A stretch of 63,515 nucleotides of DNA, the filler included, from Octopus bimaculoides (taxonomy: Eukaryota), in NCBI RefSeq assembly GCF_001194135.2. It is 6 parts of 5 records of this genome, joined end to end, with 100 filler letters (N's around TTAATTAATTAA, not from the genome) between each part and the next. Parts side by side here need not be neighbours in the genome. Positions count along the whole stretch, not along the records: positions 29,738 to 39,829 come from NC_068987.1; positions 39,930 to 46,420 come from NC_068982.1; positions 46,521 to 61,114 come from NC_068985.1; 3 more parts are not named here. One strand, given 5' to 3'. Positions within the stretch are counted from its first letter, which is position 1. Every line of letters starts with the position of its first letter. The position numbers and the translations under genes are program-made. Positions 37,969-51,215 of the stretch are shown here, piece by piece. The notes below the pieces were generated by a model. It was not told the DNA's origin and made no database searches. It saw nothing but the letters and a program-made list of their open reading frames with translations.

Positions 37969-38624
37969 CGATAAGGTATTGAATTTTCCCGCTAAGTTTA
38001 CCGTTTTCCTTTTATCTTTAAAACTATGCTTTATGTCAAAAATTCCTTTCGTTTTTCTTACTCCTTTCATACTCCAGTCTGTTTGCTATATTTACGATCA
38101 TTCTTGTTTTCCGCGTGTGTAGTAGCCTATCGCTATTCTCTCCTATATACTTCTGTTAATCTATTGTAAGACAACCTATAACAATTTTCTAAATCTTTGT
38201 GAGTGTAAATAGTTACCTACTCTTGTTGATAAACGTTATTGGTTAGCCATCCATACAAATATTCTTCATGTAGCCTAGAAACGAAAGTACAGGTACAGAA
38301 TAAACTCTAAAATCTGCTAAATGACTATAGTAGATTTCTTGCCCTTTTATAAATTGCCCAAAGTACCAACGTTGATAGGGACACAGCTTAGTCTTCTGAT
38401 ACTAGCATGAAGCAGTTACTTGTTTGAAATCTATGTCCTAAAATGAGCAATCATATACGCATGTTAAAAATCGATCTCAGTTTAGGTCAATTTGGTTGCT
38501 AGTAAAATGAGAGCCATACAAACTTGGATTTTATAGTGATTTGGCGCCTCTGCTAAATAAGTTGCCGCTCTCTTCTCTCTTGTCCACAGGAATATATCTA
38601 ATCTTAAAATATGCTTTCAGTAGT

Positions 38625-38985
38625 AGATTTAACGATTAACCACGTGGTTTCATGTTCAGTCCCACTACGTAACACCTTGGGCAAGTGTCTGCTACTATAA
38701 ACCCGGGCCGACCAATGTCTTGTGAATGCATTTGGTAGATGGTAGATCTATATATGTATCTGTATCTTTGTATTTATATTAGTTGCCCTCTCCTCCTCTA
38801 CCAGACAACCCGTGTTGGTTTGCTTACGTCCCTGTAATTTACCAGTTTGGCAGTGGATCCCGACAAATACCAGACTTCAAAATTAGTGTAGAGGTCGATT
38901 TATTCGACTTAACACGTCAAGGCGGTTATTCCAGCATGGCTGCATTCCATATTGGGATACCGCTGAGATAAAGATAAAAGATAAT
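38625..38985 (+). mobile_element. SINE family B, degenerate
   Basis: ccacgtggtttcatgttcagtcccactacgtaacaccttgggcaagtgtctgctac...ccagcatggctgcatt...aaagataaaagat. Confidence 0.8.
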
Positions 38986-39159
38986 AATTAATTTTGTTAT
39001 TTTTATTTTCCTTTTTTATTATCAAATCTCCGTCGTTCAATTTCTAATTTCAGACATCAAAGCTGTAGCATATTACTTTATTCTTACAATTTGCTCCTGT
39101 CCTCGGTACTAATATATTCTCTTTCATGATATATCCTAATCATGTCCATTTATTTCTAG

Positions 39160-39829
39160 ATAATTGTAGGCTTGTCCTTATTCCATAATTTCTTATTTCA
39201 AGATCTAACTACACTTTATAAGCTCTTATACTCTTCCTCTTCTCCTCTTCCTCTTCTCCTCTTCCTCTCTTCAATATAGCCTTTGCAGATTTCTCTACAT
39301 CTATGTTTATATAAATAACCCTTGCCAAAATCCGCAGTTTGTAATAAGTTGTCAATTTGGTTATCATCTTTTGAGAAGTTTGAAGTAATAGCAATAATGA
39401 GGATTTCTATCATTGGCATAAGACAACAAATTACTATTTGGAATAGGATACAGTCGATATAATCGACTGCAAGATATCCAGATCTTGTACATTAATTGAT
39501 GTTACTTGTCCAACAGACAATAAATAGCATCACAGTAAAGGAGGTTGAAAATTAAAAAAGAACTATCCAAACATGAAAAATCTGAAAATAGATATAATTA
39601 CGTAATTATGAGACCGTTGGAAGTAGTGAAGCGTGATGCAAATCACAAAATCGAACAATTGCCTGCTACACCAGATCTGAAGTTCAGAACATAGTGCTCC
39701 TAGGAATTGCCCATATTCTGCCAAAAATATCTGCAATAATATAACTACACATCTGCTTTATTCGAGTTACATAATGACTTTGTAAAGTTGAACACATATA
39801 AACTAAAGAGTTCGCAATAATAATAATAA
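39160..39829 (+). mobile_element. Degenerate R4/Dong-like 3' region with (AAT)n tail
   Basis: CTLIDVTCPTDN..KEVE..LSK..NLKI and VQNIVLLGIAHIL parallel the element at 2-223. Ends in aataataataataa at the gap. Confidence 0.65.
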
Positions 39830-39950
39830 NNNNNNNNNNNNNNNNNNNNNNNNNNNNNNNNNNNNNNNNNNNNTTAATTAATTAANNNNNNNNNNNNNNN
39901 NNNNNNNNNNNNNNNNNNNNNNNNNNNNNTGCGCGCGTGCGTGTGTGTGT

Positions 39951-39986
<36 letters not shown>

Positions 39987-40269
39987 TAGAGCCGGAGTGA
40001 GAGGAGTTAAATGGCAAAGAGAGCGTCGTATGAATGAGAGAGGAAGGGGTGATAGATGAATTATGAAGGAAGGGGTGAAAAAGTCAATAAACGGCGTTTG
40101 AAGTGTGAGTATGTGTGTGTAAAAGACAGGTATATTTGCGTGCGTGCGTGCGTGCGTGTGTACAATGGAAATAGGATGGTAATGTTCAACGCTGAAAATG
40201 TGTGAATATGTGTGTATATGTGTGTGTGTACAAGAGAACTATGTGAAACTTTACATGTACATGTAAAGT

Positions 40270-40481
40270 AAAGAATATATAAAAAAATAATCCAGGATCC
40301 TTGTCCGGTACCGGATCGATCCCAAAATCTAATCAGTTTGTGCCAGTCACGAAGCCAAACATCCCTGAAAGTTTCATTCGAATCCATCCAGCGGTTCTTA
40401 AGATATCTTGTCCACGGACAAACAAACAAACAAACACGACTGAAAACAATACCTCCGCCTTCGCTATGGCAGAGGTAATAA
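40270..40481 (-). mobile_element. HINE/DINE-1-like non-autonomous Helentron-associated element, 5' part
   Basis: Terminal hairpin tacctccgcc/ggcagaggta (40450-40477), (AAAC)n microsatellite, then aagatatcttaagaaccgctggatggattcgaatgaaactttcagggatg and a ccggtaccgg palindrome. Confidence 0.7.
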
Positions 40482-40482
40482 T

Positions 40483-40703
40483 AATGGTTTCAAATTTTGG
40501 CACAAGGCTAGTAATTTCGAGGGTGGAGCGTGTAAGTCGATTACATCGTCCCCAGTGCTCAAATGGTACATGTTTCATCGACCCCTAAAGGAGATGAAGA
40601 CAAAATCGACCTCGGCGGAATTTAAACTTAGAACGAGAAGACGGACGAAATGTCACAAAGCATTTTGCCCGACATGCTAACGATTTTGCCAGCTCGCTGC
40701 CTT
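40483..40703 (-). mobile_element. SINE family A
   Basis: Family A core and head; abuts the HINE terminus. Confidence 0.88.
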
Positions 40704-40924
40704 AATGATGATGAGGATGATGATGATGATTGTAACATCGACGATGATGATGACAACGACGACGACGACGACGATGGTGGTGATGATTCATTTTAGTAAA
40801 TTCAGGGTAGAAGACAACTTCCTCAAGGCCGTTTACACTCCTCACGTGAATAGAGTAGGATTGACTGATAAAATAAAAAGAAACAATAAACATAATTCAA
40901 GGCGAGTTACTTACCATCTCAGTA

Positions 40925-40932
40925 TAGATAGG

Positions 40933-41003
<71 letters not shown>

Positions 41004-41230
41004 TCAGACAGACAGACAGACATACAGACAGACAGACAGACAGATAGATACATACATACATACATACATACATATACACATAATACTTACATACAAACAT
41101 ACATGCATGCATACATGCATACATACATACATACATACATATATATACATACATGCATGCACACATACATACATACATACATACATACATACATACATAC
41201 ATACATACATGCATACATACATACATACAT
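40925..41230. repeat. Compound (GATA)n/(GACA)n/(TACA)n microsatellite
   Basis: Directly visible tandem repeats. Confidence 0.95.
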
Positions 41231-42282
41231 TTGATGCATAAATCATGAACAACACGTAGACGAGATAACAAAAAAATATAGATTGTATTAGGTTTTCGCT
41301 AGGGAAAAATTGAAGGGAAAGTCTTTTACGTTTCGTGCAAACGTTCTTCTACAGAATGAATAGACGAGGAGAGAAAATAATGGAGAAGAAAGGAACAAAT
41401 ATATCTCAATTAGACGGTCACCGCATACTGAAATGACCGTAAGAGAAAGAGGTTACTTGAGTCATGAGTAGTAAGTAAAACAATTGTGAACCTGGCATAT
41501 GTTTGTCTGAGTGAGCAAGTGCGTGTCTGTGTGTATGAAACTAATGCGTGCGTGTGTATGTGTGTATGTGAGTGTGCCTGTCCATGTTTTCTGCTTATGC
41601 ACGAGTGAGACTATACGATGTCTGTATGCGTGTACGTGTGAGAATGTATGACGTATATGTGCGTCGATGTGTGATGTGTGTGTGTCTGATGTGTGTGTAT
41701 GTGTGTATAGATACACACTCAAGCATTTCACCCTGTTTATAAACGAGAATATCAGTGAACTTTCCTTGAGAGCTGGGATTGAAGGGTTGTGTCACAATTA
41801 TAGCTGACGAGTATATTAGTATATATTTCAACAGACTATGAAGTATGCACACCACAAAAGAACTACGTCTGAATTTGAAGGAGATTACTATACAGTTGTT
41901 TTGCTTTTGTATCCATCTCTTATTTACTGAAGGAAATGATTGAATTACCGAAAAAAAACTGTTTTTTTATAAATTACTCATTTGTTGTTTTATCTCATGG
42001 AAACATGCCATGAGTGTTCCCGATTCTATATATAAATCAACGTAAATTAGTATGTCGATTCTTGACTCTGCTTTTAATCTTCAAGGTTACTGAAGAAAAA
42101 ATATACGATGATATAGATATTTTGTATGGTTGCCTGAGTCTACGTGCGTCCTCGTGCATACGTACCCAAGACACTCAGACTCACATGAGCTCGAAAGCAA
42201 ACATACGCACCCATACATATATGTACGCGCGAGAGTGTGTGTGCACGCACCGAAGATTCACACACATATGTTAGTGTGTGTG

Positions 42283-42321
<39 letters not shown>

Positions 42322-42341
42322 TGTGTGTGCGTGTGTGTATT

Positions 42342-42635
42342 GAGGCGCAATGGCCCAGTGGTTAGGACAGCAGACTCGCAGTTTCGATTCCCAGACCGAG
42401 CGTTGTGAGTGTTTATTGAGCGAAAACACCTAAAGTTTCCCCGGCAGAGGGTCATGGTGAACCCTGCTGTACTCTTCCACCACAACTTTCTCTCTTTCTT
42501 CCTGTTTCTGTCGTACCAGTATTTCAAAGGGCCAGCCTTTGAAATACTCTGTGTCACGCTGAATCTCCCCGAAAACTACGTTAAGGGTACACGTGCCTGT
42601 GGAGTGCTCAGCCACTTACACGTTAATTTCACGAG
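42342..42635 (+). mobile_element. tRNA-derived SINE family F
   Basis: A-box TGGCCCAGTGG and B-box-like GTTTCGATTCC. Body is homologous to 62477-62795; relics at about 48620-48700 and 51240-51420. Confidence 0.85.
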
Positions 42636-42683
42636 TGCCATGATGGATAGATACATACATACATACATACATACATACATACA

Positions 42684-42716
<33 letters not shown>

Positions 42717-43289
42717 GTGAGTTTTATCTCGCTGGAGAAAGATGTGGCATACCGATCGCTGTCCCTGAACATCTCAAGAGGTTGGTGATTTTGTGTGGCT
42801 ATTCAAGTTATATTTTTTTAGCTCCTATTTCGAGCAATTGCAGGTGCTATTTTGCTCCCTTATTTATGTATTTTACATTTTTGGTTTTTAATTGTTATAG
42901 CTAACCTTTATTATAATATATTTAATATATCATAATATATGAATTTATCGTTGTATTTTATTGTATTTATACACACACACACATATATGTATATTGCACA
43001 CATGCTTTCTCTCACATTCTCTCTCTCTCACTCTCACTCTCTCTATATATATGTGTGTGTGTATGTATACGCATACATACATACATGCATACATGCATAC
43101 ATACATACATACATACATACATACCAGGATCAGTCAAAAGATGTTTTGCATTTCAAGCTTTATTTAATATTTTGTTCAATAGTTCCAAAAAATTACATAC
43201 GTAAAGCGTCAAGTCATCAAAATATATCCCATCATAATCAATTGTTTGTTGCTATCGTTATGCCAGAAGCTTAATTCGACGCTTGTACC

Positions 43290-43900
43290 ATTTGGCTGCT
43301 ATAAACGATGGCAACAAATCATAGGACTTTCTATCAATGTACCAAATACAGAATGCATGACAACAGACAAACCTAATCCGGACTTCAACCTTACAATATA
43401 TGGCAAAATCAGTAAAGTTTCTGAATTCACCTACCTTGGATACAAACTCAAATAACGATGGAATGATAGCTGTGAACCACAGAGTTGGACTTGATTGGGC
43501 AGCCTTTGATCGGAACAAAATTGCATTTACTTCAAAATCAAGTTTCTACAACACCAATGTTTTTCTAGTAGTTTTATATGCGCTAGACAGGGTCAACTGG
43601 ACTTTTGTTGCACTGCAGAAACTGGAAGTCTTTCAGAATCATGTAATGCGACTTGTTACTCACACTAAACTCTCAGATCATGTCAGAACTAAACATCTAT
43701 GACAAATAACCAAATTACTACCCACCACTTCTGCCCTCATAAAATAAAGTATCTCAAACTGCCTGGCGAATTATCGGTGGCGTCAGCGGGATCTGTTTGG
43801 AAGGCATACTTAATGGAAAGAAAAACAGAAGCTGGAAACCTTAGAGATGGAAAGATAACATCACAGCATGGACAAATCTTGACACAATTTCCTTGAACGC
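43290..43900 (+). mobile_element. Degenerate RTE-like LINE, RT C-terminal fragment
   Basis: GLSINVPNTECM...KVSEFTYLG...RVGLDWAAF...VVLYA...LQKLEVFQNHVMR. Confidence 0.75.
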
Positions 43901-44287
43901 TAATGCCAAAAATCGAATACCATGGAGGCAACTATCTTATGTTAGAGCGTATTCTGCCGCAGGCGGGGATAGCGGGAATTGAATGAAAAATGAATATCAG
44001 TTAACCTTGTTATCAGATATTATCTACGTACACGCGCCTGTAATTGATAAATTAGAAATGAACACGGTACTTCTAAATATATCTTTCTTAATCTCACACA
44101 TTATCAAGTTCATTGATCCAACAACTCCAAATTATTTGCAAGCGTGTGTGTCACTAACGTATAAAACCTAGAGAAAATTGTGCACTAACACGTGTGGAGG
44201 AATTCTATTATGGCATTCCCCTGCTAAAGAACCGAGTGTTTCATCAGACTTTGAATATACTATAACTACAACCGTACATTCTAGTTA

Positions 44288-44452
44288 CTGCATTTACTCG
44301 TGTATAAGTCGCACACGTAAGTTAATGCTAAATTTTGGTACAAAAGTTTTTCCAATTATAGTTTTAGCTTTGCCCCGTGTATAAGGCGCACTCCAGATTT
44401 TTCAGTTAAAATTAAACATAAAATAGTGTGAGTTATACACAAGTAAATACGA
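44288..44452. mobile_element. pogo/Tc2-type MITE
   Basis: Imperfect TIRs ctgcatttactcgtgtataagtcgcac / gtgtgagttatacacaagtaaatacg after TA, plus an internal subrepeat ccccgtgtataaggcgcac. Confidence 0.7.
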
Positions 44453-44806
44453 CAATTGCTAGAAATACGCTATTAAATTTTCTTAATCTTTGCACCCTCA
44501 CCGTAACAGGCAAAGCTTTCATATTTGATTCTTGCTATGGTTCCATTATACATATGATATTTTTTTTATTCCAGATAACTTTTCTTTGATTCACTGTTTC
44601 TAACATCTAAGTTGTTAACGATAATAGCTTCACAAACTAGCAACAAAATGATAGTTCTGACACTCCAACAGTGTTAGAATCATTTTGAATAATAGTAACC
44701 TCGAACTCTACGGTATACTCACGAAGCTTTTCTCTCTCTATCTCTATCTCTCTTTCTCTCTCTCTCTATCTCTCTCTCTCTTTCTCTCTCTCTCTTNNNN
44801 NNNNNN

Positions 44807-44854
<48 letters not shown>

Positions 44855-44938
44855 TAATCTTTTATTATTTTTCTTATGATAAGTCAAATCTCTATATCTC
44901 TACTCCTAAGTATCCATCTTTTTAACTATATACATATA

Positions 44939-45990
44939 CGAGGGGGTATCCAAAAGAAACCGGAATTTTGAAATATTATTTTATTCACTTAGTTTTATGT
45001 TTACACTTTTATCGTAATGCATCGGTCCTGGTGCGTTTTCCACTGTTCGAAGCAGTCCTGGAACTCTTGCGAAGTAATAATGCCTTTTAACGCCTCCGTG
45101 GTTTTTTTTTTTTTCTTCATCTCTTCCACGTCCGCAAAACGTTTTCCTTAAAGGACTTTTTTCATTCAGGGTAACAAAGAAAAGTCGCAGGGAGCAAGAT
45201 CGGGTGAATAGGGAGGGTCATGCCATTTTTTATCAGAAACTGTCTCACACTCAAGGTGGTGTGCGTGAGAGCATTGTCGTGATGAAACCATCACTCTCCA
45301 CCTTGCCACAGTTCGGGGTGTTTTCGTTTCACCGCGACACGCAAACGCTCCACAACTGCCAAGTAAAATGTCTGGTTCACATTTTGACCAAGAAGGACAA
45401 ATTCCTTGTCGACAATTCCTTTCGCATCGATGAAACAAATCAACATTGTTTCGACATGCGACATCACTTGACGCGCTTTTGAGGGGCGTAGTGACATTGA
45501 ATACTTCTATTGGTTTGATTGCTGCTTTGTTTCCGGGTCACGGCCGTAGCACCAGCTTTCGTCACCAGGGATGACATTCGAAAAAAGGTCCGGATCAACT
45601 GCCAACTGTATTTTCTGTTCACGACATGCATTCAGTCGTGACTGTTTTTGAGCTTCCGTGAACAAGCGAGGCATAAATTTTGCTGCAACTCTTTTCATTC
45701 ACAATTCCTCGCTCAAAATTCGTTGGCAGGAGCTTCAGGACATACCAGTCATATCAATAAGTTCGTCAATTGTTCGGCGACGGTCATTTAAGATCAGTTC
45801 ATGAATTGTCATGATATTTTCATTCGTTCGGAAAACCGACAGTGGCTCTGAACGAAATTGGTCTTCAAAGTGTGGAAACCACTAGTAAGTTTGTGTTTTG
45901 CTCGTGGCAGCGTCTTTATAAGCTGTTCGAAGCATGACAAATGTTTCGGCCGCCGTTTTCCCCAGTAGAAAACAGAATTTCACAGAAGCA
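44939..45990 (-). mobile_element. mariner (D,D34D) transposon, 5'-truncated, disrupted
   Basis: TIR cgagggggtatccaaaagaaaccggaa after TA. Minus strand gives FCFLLGKTAAET, MKRVAAKFMPRL, VIPGDESWCYG.DPETKQQS, TMLICFID and PYSPDLAPCDF. Confidence 0.92.
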
Positions 45991-45991
45991 T

Positions 45992-46165
45992 GAGGAGTTA
46001 TGCTTAGCAGTGTTTGTCTTTACGTTCTGAGTTCAAATTCCAGCTAGCTCGAATTTTGCCTTTCATCCTTTCGTTGTCGATAGAATAAATACCAGTTGAG
46101 TATTGGGGTTGGATTAATCAACCTAACGCTTCCTCTAGAATTGTGCCAAAATTTGAAATTAATAT
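45992..46165 (+). mobile_element. SINE family A at the truncated 5' end of the mariner
   Basis: atgcttagcagtgtttgtctttacgttctgagttcaaattcc...gcctttcatcctttcgttgtcgatagaataaataccag. Confidence 0.8.
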
Positions 46166-46611
46166 ATTCAACATTCTCCGAAGTATTTTTGTTTTCTCAG
46201 CAACATTGTGGAACTGCATAAAACTTATTGGTCTGAAAGGATTGCGCAAAGACTTCGGGAATCGTTTATCATTCTACCCAGACTAAAATATAGAAAACGT
46301 GGTGCCTACAATTCTCTCACAATATAACTGAACAAAATGAGCAAAAGAGGGGAAGTTGATTAGCAAATTTCTCATACTTTCAAAGTTGCAATGATAGAAT
46401 ATGTATATATATATATATATNNNNNNNNNNNNNNNNNNNNNNNNNNNNNNNNNNNNNNNNNNNNTTAATTAATTAANNNNNNNNNNNNNNNNNNNNNNNN
46501 NNNNNNNNNNNNNNNNNNNNCCGGAAGTAGCTTGCCGGCTGGATAGAGAGGCCTGTTTCTCCTTCACAAACTTATGTAAATCATAGTGAAGTTCATTCAC
46601 TGATCAGCAAA

Positions 46612-46767
46612 ATTAGAAATATAATATTTCTAAATCTCTCAGAGCTAAACAGCAGTAGTGTATTCCCTTATTGGGATTGTCACATTAAGTTGACAATATA
46701 CTACAACTTTGTCGCTCCACTACTGCTTAAATCTCTCTGAGAGATTTAGAAATATTATATTTCTAAT
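46612..46767. repeat. 156-bp foldback element with perfect 33-bp terminal inverted repeats
   Basis: 46612-46644 is the exact reverse complement of 46735-46767. Further pairing agcagtagtg/cactactgct and attgtca/tgacaat. Confidence 0.9.
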
Positions 46768-47164
46768 ATATATATATATATATATACATGCAAATAAAAT
46801 CTCGAATAGCAACACTCTATCTTTGACCATTCTGTGTGTATTTTTTGTTTATCACTAATCTCACATATAAATGTGAACATGTGCAATAGGTTGGTTTAAT
46901 ATTTTATAATTAAAACTAATTATTAATTATACTAACATCTGCAGACTTTACAAACCGCCAAAAGATTCTTGAGTATTATTACACTCACTATTGGCGACAA
47001 AAATTATTGTTTATATCTGAATAGCAATCATTCATGGTTTAAGCTCAAAAGTGCCTTTTGAAAGTCGAAAGTGCCTTTCATCACCTCCAAAAGGCGATAA
47101 AATAGCAGGCAGTTAATGACATTAATCCACTTTTCCCACCTCCAAAATATATAGTTCTAGCCCT

Positions 47165-47825
47165 GTTAGATTTCTTTGGCTGAATCGTCGAACGTCAGAA
47201 AAAAAATGTCGTACGGTTTTTATCTCGACTCTTTACATTCCGAGTTCAAATCACGTTGAGAGTCAACTTTGCTTTTCATCCCTGTGATGTTGATAAATTG
47301 GAGTACCTGTCAAATATTAGGGTTGGTGTAATTGACTAACGCCTTTCGTCTCAAAGATTGCTGACCTTATACTTTAATTAGAAATAATAATTTCCCGAGT
47401 CGTTATTCCGGCAGAATTGTTAGCGCGTGGTACAAAATGCCTTGCAATATTTGTTCATCTCTTTCTGTTCTGTTTTCAAATCCTTCCGAGATAAACTTTG
47501 CTTTTTATCCTTCTGAGATCGATAAAATTTAGGGACAAATCAAGAGTACTGGAGTTGGTTTAATCTCCCAGCACAGTCCTACAAATTCTTGGCTTTGCAC
47601 CAAAGTTAGGATTTTCTTTTGTTGTTTTTATTATGACAGAATCTTTAGAACTTCGGACAAGTCTTCCGTTGTTTGATTTGGCTCAAATCTCGCTGAAATC
47701 AACATTGTCTTTCATTTTTCTGTTCTCGATAAAATAAAATACAAATCAAGTACTGGGGGCAACAAGATATATTTTACCTTCACCTCGATTTTGAGGCTTT
47801 GTGCCTTTTGTTAAAAAATCAATTT
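47165..47825 (+). mobile_element. Three tandem, old family A SINEs
   Basis: Three successive degenerate head-plus-core units at about 47165-47395, 47405-47612 and 47640-47825. Confidence 0.75.
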
Positions 47826-48192
47826 CCTGTAGATTTCACCCCACCTTTCTATTGTGTTCGAATTACTCACCATTATAGATATGTTGCTGTGATAGCTGTA
47901 GTTTTGTAGTTGTTGCTTAGTCCCTGGCCAAGCCTGAGCAGACAGACCTATGACTAAAAGCATTCTAACTGTGACTTGCTTACTTTACTGTGGGTTATTT
48001 GGCAAGTGTCTTTCATTATAGTCTCGAGTCGAGTGATCTTTACTCTGTGAGTGGGTAAGTTCTTCGTATAGATCAAGGGTGGAGAAACATTTTAGTGCAG
48101 CGGACAAAAATTTCCAAAGATAAAGGTCCGTGGGCGGATCACAAGTTCTAACTCTTATATTTGTATATATATTGTATATATCTATGTATAAT

Positions 48193-48250
48193 TCGATATA
48201 CATTAATTCGATATACAATTATAATTCGATATACATTAATATACATTTAA
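48193..48250. repeat. Short minisatellite (ttcgatatacattaa)x3-4
   Basis: Directly visible tandem units. Confidence 0.85.
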
Positions 48251-48699
48251 CACATTAAACTAACGCGTAATACCTTCATTAACGCCGCCACTGAATTTAG
48301 GACGATTATAATACTTATGAGGTATAATTTATTTTTCAGCTAGAGTGTAGTTGGGTCTCAAGGGGGTAGTACAAACATAGCAATATGTATTTTATAGTGA
48401 AAATAAAAAGGCAAGTACCGAAAGATTTCTGTTCAAGTCTAACCGTTTTGAGTCGTAGTGGAAACGCAACCTATGTCGCTAATGGGCATACGAATATTGT
48501 TTAAATTTTATAATTGAAAAAATTACTATATTCTGTACATACGAGTACACCAGCCTGCGGGCACTATAAAATAGGCTCGCGGGCGCAATTGGTATAAATT
48601 ATACCTGTAATTTAAAGATGCAGCCTTGTCACACACTTTTATGGAATATACGGCCACTTACACGCGAATTCAATGAGTAGGTAACCCATTTGATGGAAT

Positions 48700-49000
48700 A
48701 AGAGAAAACTCGACGAACATCCTCTGGTGGCTTCCTTGACAAACGCTCAACTCTGGGATCTATTTTGAGCAAATCTCATCACGTGTTGAATAAGTTAATT
48801 ACACAGTTTCACGTCATCATTCCATTACCGATGTGGTTTCCCTCTTAAACGTTTTCTCGATATAGTATCAGGCGTAATAGTTCGCTTGAGACTATCAAGA
48901 AGCTATCGACATTATTAATTTCTTTTTGCATTCGTTGTTTATCAAGTTGAGATAATTGCTTCATTGATATCGCGGGCCGTCCACGATCACAAATATAGGG
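48700..49000 (-). mobile_element. RTE LINE extreme 3' relic
   Basis: Minus strand gives RKRLRGKPHR*WNDDVK...FAQNRSQ..AFVKEA (cf. GKR.RGRP..RW.DD...AQDR..WR). Confidence 0.55.
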
Positions 49001-51148
49001 TGTCATATTTTTCTCAATAGTTTATGATCCCATTTAATTTTACTGATTATTTGAAGAAACCTGTTTGTATAATATTTAGCGTTTATATTCTCATTCACTT
49101 GAAACTAATATATTCAACCATAACCAACATAGTTGGTTATATTAATCCCTATTCTTTGTCTACCACTTATTTTATTCGTCTAGCAAAAAGGGAAGATTAA
49201 AAGTAGACTTTGGTATAAATGGACGAATTTAAATACCACAAGGAATCTTTAATTGCCAGAAGCATGACAATTAACTTCGTTAAACATCGTATATATTATA
49301 TGATATTTATCTCTCACTGGATGGAGTACTTTTCAGCTGATCCTACCAATAACGGAACAGTACACTGAGTGTGGGTGTGTATGGCATGTGTGCGTAAGTG
49401 TGCATGTATAAAGAGAGAGGTGGAAAGAGAAAGAGAGAGAGAGAGATAGAGTGAAAGAGTTTCCTTCAAAAAGAAAATTGCTAAGGCTGTTGTGCAATAG
49501 AATAAAACCAACAACAGTCTTTGCGATGAAAACTTCTTAACTGTGCGGCTTTATTTCTAAATAATTCTAACTTTATATGTATTTTACATGTAATGCCATT
49601 TGGAAATATTTCGAAATATAATTCCTTTTAGGATATTGTCCATATATNNNNNNNNNNNNNNNNNNNNNNNNNNNNNNNNNNNNNNNNNNNNNNNNNNNNN
49701 NNNNNNNNNNNNNNNNNNNNNNNNNNNNNNNNNNNNNNNNNNNNNNNNNNNNNNNNNNNNNNNNNNNNNNNNNNNNNNNNNNNNNNNNNNNNNNNNNNNN
49801 NNNNNNNNNNNNNNNNNNNNNNNNNNNNNNNNNNNNNNNNNNNNNNNNNNNNNNNNNNNNNNNNNNNNNNNNNNNNNNNNNNNNNNNNNNNNNNNNNNNN
49901 NNNNNNNNNNNNNNNNNNNNNNNNNNNNNNNNNNNNNNNNNNNNNNNNNNNNNNNNNNNNNNNNNNNNNNNNNNNNNNNNNNNNNNNNNNNNNNNNNNNN
50001 NNNNNNNNNNNNNNNNNNNNNNNNNNNNNNNNNNNNNNNNNNNNNNNNNNNNNNNNNNNNNNNNNNNNNNNNNNNNNNNNNNNNNNNNNNNNNNNNNNNN
50101 NNNNNNNNNNNNNNNNNNNNNNNNNNNNNNNNNNNNAAGGCGTAAATTAATTTGTAATTTTGTCAAATTCTTTGAATGCCAAGTCGTAACTTTGTGTTCT
50201 ACACTAATTGATAATGTCAATGATAGATTTTAGTTGTTTCACTTCATATAAACGGTTCCTTTACCACTTCTCAGGATTGGATTTAAACGCTTAACGGTTT
50301 AATGTTTAAGTGGGCGCAAATACTAAGCTGTGCTTTAAGAGGTTCGGTTAGTAACTACGGTTTTTCGAGTATTATATCACTGCGTGGCACCTTGGACAAT
50401 TTTTCTACAATTATAGCGTCGCGTCAGCCAATATTTCGTGAATGAAAATCTGTAGTCGAAACTGTGTGGAGCCCGGTTTAACTTTATTACTTGGCTGTTG
50501 GTTATCCTTAATTGAATCCATCCCGTTGCTGGTAATTTTAGTGAACTTGGAAGTTTTGATGAGCATTGCCCTTCCTTCTTTGGCCATTTCACCGCCCACA
50601 CCACAATTTAGGACTTCACAACTTTCTAGTGAAACCTTATTAATTTACTGCCGCAAAAATTTATTCTGTCTCAGAGTTATTCGTTTTAAACAATTCTTTT
50701 CTAAGCCAATAAATGCATATTTATACATTAATTGTGTTGTTCTGGTTAAGCTCCGGGTCAACATTGAAATCAATCGGGTTTATGGAGATACCGTTACGGC
50801 CATAAATATATATATACAAGAGGTTATATTTATCGGAGTCGATAAATAAAGTGCCAATCAAGGCGATGGATTGGAGGAAGTGTAAGAACGTCGGATTGGA
50901 TCTATTGTGATATATTTTCCGCTCTTTCCGAAGTGAGTTCAAATTTCCCAAAGGCCTTCATGGACAGTAGACTTAATGTCTTTAGTAGAGTCCACTTTGT
51001 TTCAAGTATTCGGGTCCGGTTTTTAGTTAGGATACTTTTCTCCTTCAACACGCTAGTCTCAGAGGCCTCGTAACGGGCTATGGGTACTGCCTTCCCAACT
51101 GATTAAAAGGTAAAGAAAAAGTAAAATATCAATACTAGAAAGTCATTT

Positions 51149-51215
<67 letters not shown>

